From: an uncultured Pseudomonadota bacterium
GTDB lineage: Bacteria; Oederibacteriota; Muellerivitia; Muellerivitales; Muellerivitaceae
Length of the DNA stretch: 64,000 bases
Assembly: GCA_963836235.1 (NCBI GenBank)
Contig: CAWIIP010000004.1
Span: 288,001 to 352,000 of the forward strand
Reading direction: 5' to 3'
In this document: piece after piece, positions 58,804-64,000 of the stretch
How the letters are laid out: each line of letters starts with the position of its first letter
Numbering within the stretch: position 1 is the first letter of the stretch
Notes under the pieces: model-generated
Databases searched by the model: none
The model's input: the letters and a program-made list of their open reading frames with translations, nothing else
Told to the model about the DNA's origin: nothing
Translations under genes and position numbers: made by a program

Positions 58804-60108
58804 ATGAAAATCGCGGTAGTTGGAACTGGCTACGTGGGCTTGGTCACGGGTGCTTGTTTCGCGGACCTGGGCAACATCGTAACCTGTGTGGATGTGAATC
58901 GTGAGAAGATCCAACAGCTCAAAAAAGGTTACGTACCCCTTTTTGAGCCTGGGCTTGAGGAGATTATTCGGCGTAACCGAGGCAAAAGGCTGGCCTTCAC
59001 GACGGATTTATCCAAAGCCGTTCAATCCTCAGATTTTATTTTTATCGCAGTTAGTACTCCCGCTGGGAAAAGTGGCGAAGCCGATATATCCAGTGTGAAG
59101 GCAGTGGCCTTAGGAATCGCCAAAGCCATTCATAAGTACAAAATCATTATCAATAAAAGCACTGTCCCTATCGGCATGGGAGATATTGTCACTCAAATCA
59201 TCATCAAGCACGGCCCCAAAGATGTATCTTTCGACATGGTTTCCAACCCTGAGTTCCTTAGGGAAGGCTCAGCGGTGGCCGATCTCCTTCGGCCCGAAAG
59301 GATCGTCATCGGCGCCACCCGGCGCACCGCCGCCCAAAAGGTGGCGGAGATTTACAAACCTCTCCATTGTCCTATCTTGATCACGGATTTAAAAAGCGCA
59401 GAAATGATCAAGTACGCTTCCAACGCTTTTCTCGCCACGAAAATTTCCTTTATCAATGAAATAGCCAATCTCTGCGATAAGGTTGGAGCGGATGTCCTGC
59501 AAGTTACCCGGGGCATGAGTTACGATTCACGAATCGGTGGCCAGTTCTTTAATCCAGGCCTGGGGTTCGGGGGAAGCTGTTTCCCGAAAGATGTGGCCGC
59601 CTTGATCCATATCGGCAAAACGAACCGTTACCCCTTTCGTATTCTCCCCGATGTTTTGGAGATCAACGGTCACCAGCGGAAGTTATTCGTCCAAAAAGTC
59701 CAAAAAACCTTGGGAAACTTAAAAGGAAAGACCCTGGCGGTATGGGGGCTTTCTTTTAAACCGAATACGGACGATATGCGGGAGGCGCCTTCCCTCACCA
59801 TTCTTCCCGCTTTGCTATCCAAGGGAGCCAAGCTTCGAGCTTACGATCCGGTTTCCATGGGTAAGGCCCGGAAGCTTTTTAAAAATATGAAATTCTGCCG
59901 GACCCCCTACGAGGCCGCCCAAGGGGCGGACGCGGTGCTGATCCTGACGGAATGGAATGAATTCAAGCAGATTGATTTTCAAAAATTACGAACGATTGTA
60001 CAACAACCCATCCTCATTGACGGACGGAACATGTATGACGCCCAAGAGATGGCGGAGAAAGGCTTTACCTATCACGGCATGGGGCGGGGCGAGGTTTCGC
60101 AGTTTTGA
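58804..60108 (+). CDS. ugd: UDP-glucose 6-dehydrogenase
   Basis: GTGYVGL, NPEFLREG, GGSCFPKD. Confidence 0.95.
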   Translation: MKIAVVGTGYVGLVTGACFADLGNIVTCVDVNREKIQQLKKGYVPLFEPGLEEIIRRNRGKRLAFTTDLSKAVQSSDFIFIAVSTPAGKSGEADISSVKAVALGIAKAIHKYKIIINKSTVPIGMGDIVTQIIIKHGPKDVSFDMVSNPEFLREGSAVADLLRPERIVIGATRRTAAQKVAEIYKPLHCPILITDLKSAEMIKYASNAFLATKISFINEIANLCDKVGADVLQVTRGMSYDSRIGGQFFNPGLGFGGSCFPKDVAALIHIGKTNRYPFRILPDVLEINGHQRKLFVQKVQKTLGNLKGKTLAVWGLSFKPNTDDMREAPSLTILPALLSKGAKLRAYDPVSMGKARKLFKNMKFCRTPYEAAQGADAVLILTEWNEFKQIDFQKLRTIVQQPILIDGRNMYDAQEMAEKGFTYHGMGRGEVSQF

Positions 60109-60178
60109 ACTTGAGCCGTTTACGATCGGCCATTAGCCGTCCGGCAAGGGTTCAAATCCGGCCTGCGGGAGTTTCGAA

Positions 60179-61048
60179 GTGAAAATAGCCTTACTAGGTT
60201 CCACCGGAATGCTGGGCTCGAAAACAGCGGAGTTTTTGAGAGCTCGAGGCCACGAACTGCTGACGCCCGGTCGTTTGGACGCCGATTTGCAATATCCCCA
60301 TACCCTGGAAAAATTCTTTCAGTCTAATTCTTTTGAGGCGCTCATCAATTGCGCCGGATTTACCCGAGTGGACGCCTGTGAGGAACCGGCCAAGTTTTCC
60401 ATGGCCCTTAATACCAATGGAACGTCCGTGGGATGGCTGGCTCAATTTTGCAAAAAAGAAAATCGGATTCTCGTCCATTATTCCACGGATTACGTTTTCG
60501 ACGGTTTGAAGAAAGAACCTTACTTGGAAACGGATCCAACTGATCCCCTTAATGTTTATGGAAAAACCAAGAGGCAGGGCGAAAAGCTGATCGAAATGGA
60601 AAAACCTTTTTATTACCTCATCCGGTCCTCCTGGGTTTTCGGGCCTCATGGGGACAACTTCGTCAATAAGATCGCTGGGATTATGAAAATGAAGCCAAGG
60701 CTTGAGGTCGTTGGCGACCAAGTGGGTGGCCCCACTTATACAGGCGATTTGGCCCAATTTACCCTTGAACTGTTGGAAAAGAAGGCGGAGCCGGGACTTT
60801 ATCATTTCGCGAACGAAGGGTATGTTTCGTGGCATGGTTTCGCCAAGGAAATTCAGAAACAGCTGGGATTCTCTTCCTGTGAAGTAGCTCCGGTTTTAAG
60901 CGCGAACGTTTTTCGGCCCGCCCGGCGACCGGCCAATTCCCGCTTCAACTTGGAGAAAGCCGTAAAGGCGGTCGGACATCCCATTCGCTCCTGGCAGGAA
61001 GCCTTGAGGGAATATTTGGCGAAGGAATACAAAAGTGAAACGGCCTGA
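60179..61048 (+). CDS. rfbD: dTDP-4-dehydrorhamnose reductase
   Basis: GSTGMLG, STDYVFDG, YGKTK. Confidence 0.94.
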   Translation: MKIALLGSTGMLGSKTAEFLRARGHELLTPGRLDADLQYPHTLEKFFQSNSFEALINCAGFTRVDACEEPAKFSMALNTNGTSVGWLAQFCKKENRILVHYSTDYVFDGLKKEPYLETDPTDPLNVYGKTKRQGEKLIEMEKPFYYLIRSSWVFGPHGDNFVNKIAGIMKMKPRLEVVGDQVGGPTYTGDLAQFTLELLEKKAEPGLYHFANEGYVSWHGFAKEIQKQLGFSSCEVAPVLSANVFRPARRPANSRFNLEKAVKAVGHPIRSWQEALREYLAKEYKSETA

Positions 61049-61784
61049 ACTTTCAGTAGTCATTCCCGTCTACAACGAAGAATCTCGGGTGGGTAAGACC
61101 CTTGAGGATTCCTTGGCTTATCTAAAAAAGAGGAAAATCCGGGCCGAGATCCTGGTGGTGGATGACGGTTCCAAAGATAAAACTCTGGAAGTGGTTTACG
61201 GAATCAAACGAAAAATAAGAGGGGTTACATTAAAAATTCTTCAACATGAGGTTAATCGGGGCAAGGGAGCGGCTGTTCAAACGGGGGCCCTCGTCGCCCA
61301 AGGTGATACTGTTCTCTTCATGGACGCGGACAACGCGACGCCGCTTTCGGAGTTCGATAAATTCAGGCTTCTTTTGAAAGAAGGGGTTGAAGTTATTGTG
61401 GGAAGCCGGGCGGTGAATCGGAAAGAAGTGAAAGTTCCCCAGCCACTTTATCGCCAGGCCTTGGGAAGGATGGCCAATCTTTTGATCCAGGTAATGGTGG
61501 TTCCCGGCATTTGGGACACCCAATGCGGATTCAAAGCTTTCAGCCGTAAAGCGTCCCTTCGCATTTTCCCCCTTCAAACGATCAACCGCTTCGGGTTTGA
61601 TTTTGAACTGCTTTTTCTCGCCCACAAGCTGGGCTTTTCCATGAAGGAAATTTCGGTGCAGTGGTTCAACTCCCCCTTTTCTAAAGTGAGGATGGGGGAT
61701 TATGTCCTGACCCTCATCGAGCTCATTTCCATTCGTTGGAATGATCTTAAGGGACGCTACGAGCCTAAGCCGACGGCGAAATAA
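61035..61784 (+). CDS. GT2 polyprenol-phosphate glycosyltransferase
   Basis: VIPVYNEE, DDGS, NRGKG, DAD, DTQCGFK. Confidence 0.9.
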   Translation: MKRPELSVVIPVYNEESRVGKTLEDSLAYLKKRKIRAEILVVDDGSKDKTLEVVYGIKRKIRGVTLKILQHEVNRGKGAAVQTGALVAQGDTVLFMDADNATPLSEFDKFRLLLKEGVEVIVGSRAVNRKEVKVPQPLYRQALGRMANLLIQVMVVPGIWDTQCGFKAFSRKASLRIFPLQTINRFGFDFELLFLAHKLGFSMKEISVQWFNSPFSKVRMGDYVLTLIELISIRWNDLKGRYEPKPTAK

Positions 61785-61793
61785 GGAACATCG

Positions 61794-63236
61794 TTGAAGT
61801 CCTCCCGACCAGGCGGCGCGCGTCGAATAGCTCATAACACCTTTTTTCTTGGACTGAGTGAAATCATAGCCCGCTTTTCCACTTGGGCCCTCATCGCTTT
61901 TCTGGGGCGCCATTGGGCGGTTTCCCTTTACGGCCAATACGCGGTGGCCATTAATTGGGTGGCCATTTTCGCGGTGGCCAGCGAATTGGGCTTAAACGCC
62001 CTTACGGTCCGGGAGGTGGCCCACCGGAAGCAAAAAGCCTCCTTCTTCCTTCGCCATGTCCTGGTTCTTCGCTCGACTTTTTCATTTCTCTTTTGGGGGA
62101 TTCTCATCGGCATTTCCCTGGTGCTTCATTATGAGCCGCTCCTGACGATGGCTATGGGGGTGATGGGATTAAGGCTCATCCTGGATTCGATGGAAGGCGG
62201 CTATATCTACCTCTTTCAAGCCCATCAAGAAATGGGGCCTTACGCGCTAGTGAATATCCTGGGCGCGGCCATCCGGCTCACCGGGATTATCCTGGTCGTG
62301 TCGGCGGGCGCCCAGATCGTGGGGGCCAGTTCCATTTGGGTGCTGGCGAGCGCGGTGGCTTTCCTGATGATGTGGTTTATGGGTCGCAAAAGGGGGTGGA
62401 AACCGGGGTTAAAAGAATACAATCTGAATGATTCATGGAAAGTATTGAAGATGGCTTTTCCGCTGGCCACTTTTGGCGCTTTGCAGACGCTCTATTACCG
62501 GGTCGATGCGGTCATTTTGAAAAGCTTGTCGGGCAACGAAGCGGTCGGTTATTACGACATGGCGACGAGGGTTTTGCTCGTCACATTGTCTTTGTCCCAA
62601 CTTTACTCCCAAGCGGTTTACCCGGTCTTTTCCTCGGTTCAGGATAAACCGAAGGATTTTGGCATGTTGGCTTTCAAGTGTTCCAAGTTCCTTTTCTTCT
62701 TGGGCCTTCCCGTTACGGTAGGCGGTTACTTTTTGGCTGGACCACTCTTGGTCCTGATCGCGGGTCCGCAATATGTTGCCTCGGGCCCGGCCTTTTCGGT
62801 CCTGGCTCTTTCCGTCCTTCCCTTTTTTCTCGCCAATATTTACGTAGACGTCTTGGCGGTGAAGAATACTGTCCGACTCAATTTCCAATTTGTCCTATTA
62901 TTCCTACTCAACGTGGTCCTGAATTTTATTTTCATCCCCCGTTGGCAATTCGTAGGTGCGGCCTGGGCTACGGTTATTTGCGAATATTTGGGGGTATTCC
63001 TAGGGTTTGCCCTGGCGGCGCCTTATATGAAACAAATGGGGAAGGTTACCTGGGTGAAGCCCTTGCTGGCATCCATGACAGCCTGCCTCGTCATGGGATT
63101 GGGGATCTACTATTCGCCCTATCTTTATTGGCTCGTCCTGGGACCGATTGTTTATGCTATAGGCCTCTTTGTTTTCCGGGCACTTGAGCCCGAGGATTGG
63201 GCGGGTTTGAAGTCGATCCTGCGAATTTCAAATTGA
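61794..63236 (+). CDS. Wzx-like flippase
   Basis: Multi-TM MOP pattern; ELGL...REVA, VGYY, LNFIFIP...GAAWAT. Confidence 0.88.
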   Translation: MKSSRPGGARRIAHNTFFLGLSEIIARFSTWALIAFLGRHWAVSLYGQYAVAINWVAIFAVASELGLNALTVREVAHRKQKASFFLRHVLVLRSTFSFLFWGILIGISLVLHYEPLLTMAMGVMGLRLILDSMEGGYIYLFQAHQEMGPYALVNILGAAIRLTGIILVVSAGAQIVGASSIWVLASAVAFLMMWFMGRKRGWKPGLKEYNLNDSWKVLKMAFPLATFGALQTLYYRVDAVILKSLSGNEAVGYYDMATRVLLVTLSLSQLYSQAVYPVFSSVQDKPKDFGMLAFKCSKFLFFLGLPVTVGGYFLAGPLLVLIAGPQYVASGPAFSVLALSVLPFFLANIYVDVLAVKNTVRLNFQFVLLFLLNVVLNFIFIPRWQFVGAAWATVICEYLGVFLGFALAAPYMKQMGKVTWVKPLLASMTACLVMGLGIYYSPYLYWLVLGPIVYAIGLFVFRALEPEDWAGLKSILRISN

Positions 63237-63245
63237 GGAAAAAGA

Positions 63246-64000
63246 ATGAAGCTTAAAGTTCTTTCGGTCTTCGGCACCAGGCCCGAGGCCATCAAGATGG
63301 CTCCTGTCGTGGAACGCCTCAAAGCGGCAAAGGGCATCCAATCTTATGTTTGCGTGACCGCCCAGCACCGGCACATGCTGGACCAAGTCCTGGATCTTTT
63401 TAAGATCAAGCCGGACTACGACCTGAATCTCATGAAGCCGGGGCAGGACCTGACGGATATCACGACCGGTGTTTTGAGTGGCTTAAGACCGGTGCTGAAA
63501 CAATTAAAACCGGACCTGATTCTGGCGCAGGGCGATACTACCACCGTCTTCGCGGCTTCCTTGGCGGCTTTCTATGAAAAGATTCCCATGGGCCATGTGG
63601 AGGCGGGTTTGCGAACGGGAAATGTTTATTCACCTTGGCCGGAGGAGATGAACCGTAAATTGGCCACCGCCATCGCCCGGCTTCATTTCGCGCCGACTTC
63701 CAAGGCAAAGGCCAATCTTTTGAAGGAAGGAGTCCGAAAGAAGAGTATCTTCGTGACGGGAAACACGGTCATTGACGCTCTTTTAGAAGTCGTGGTAAGG
63801 CTCAAGAAAAACCCGGACCTTCATAAATCCTTCGCCAAGCGCTTTCCTTATCTGGACCCGAAACGCAAACTTATCCTAGTCACCGGACACCGGCGGGAGA
63901 ATTTCGGGAAGGGCTTCGAGGACATTTGCCGGGCCTTGGGTGAATTGGCTCAAAGGGAAGACATTCAGATCGTCTATCCCGTTCATTTAAATCCTAATGT
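63246..64000 (+). CDS. wecB: UDP-N-acetylglucosamine 2-epimerase (partial, runs off the window)
   Basis: Manual translation: [37 protein letters not shown]. Confidence 0.95.
   Translation, partial: MKLKVLSVFGTRPEAIKMAPVVERLKAAKGIQSYVCVTAQHRHMLDQVLDLFKIKPDYDLNLMKPGQDLTDITTGVLSGLRPVLKQLKPDLILAQGDTTTVFAASLAAFYEKIPMGHVEAGLRTGNVYSPWPEEMNRKLATAIARLHFAPTSKAKANLLKEGVRKKSIFVTGNTVIDALLEVVVRLKKNPDLHKSFAKRFPYLDPKRKLILVTGHRRENFGKGFEDICRALGELAQREDIQIVYPVHLNPN

Overview
Chromosomal window from a diderm bacterium (TolC, beta-barrel porins, LPS enzymes; lineage not identifiable from sequence alone). Bases ~1-31.5 kb form a coherent redox/envelope island. It carries a Cyc2-like fused cytochrome-porin, two near-identical monoheme cytochromes c and a low-potential Rieske/cytochrome b-diheme c complex. 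It also has an IS30-disrupted cupredoxin, membrane and soluble di-iron enzymes, a hemerythrin, a YceI-porin-START operon, a YbhFSR-type efflux system, a His-less histidine kinase and a Cys-rich Crp/Fnr regulator. Two DNA motifs read directly from the sequence tie the island together. The first is TATGA-N6-TCATA (about 13 copies, 8 centred exactly 29.5 bp before a -10-like hexamer, i.e. class II -41.5 geometry). The second is a set of three sigma-54 promoters, each with the same TATGGC-N6-GCCATA enhancer at an identical 60-nt offset. Bases ~31.8-64 kb are mostly housekeeping: tRNA-Tyr and tRNA-Gly, a PEPCK-like gene and aspA-like gene, tRNA-Thr-tuf-rpmG-tRNA-Trp-secE-nusG-rplKAJL (not followed by rpoB), tmk-holB-metG-tatD, trpDCF-TPR-trpBA-accD-folC, and surface-polysaccharide genes ending in a partial wecB. 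Two single-base frameshifts may be assembly errors. All homology calls are from motif recognition; no database searches were run.
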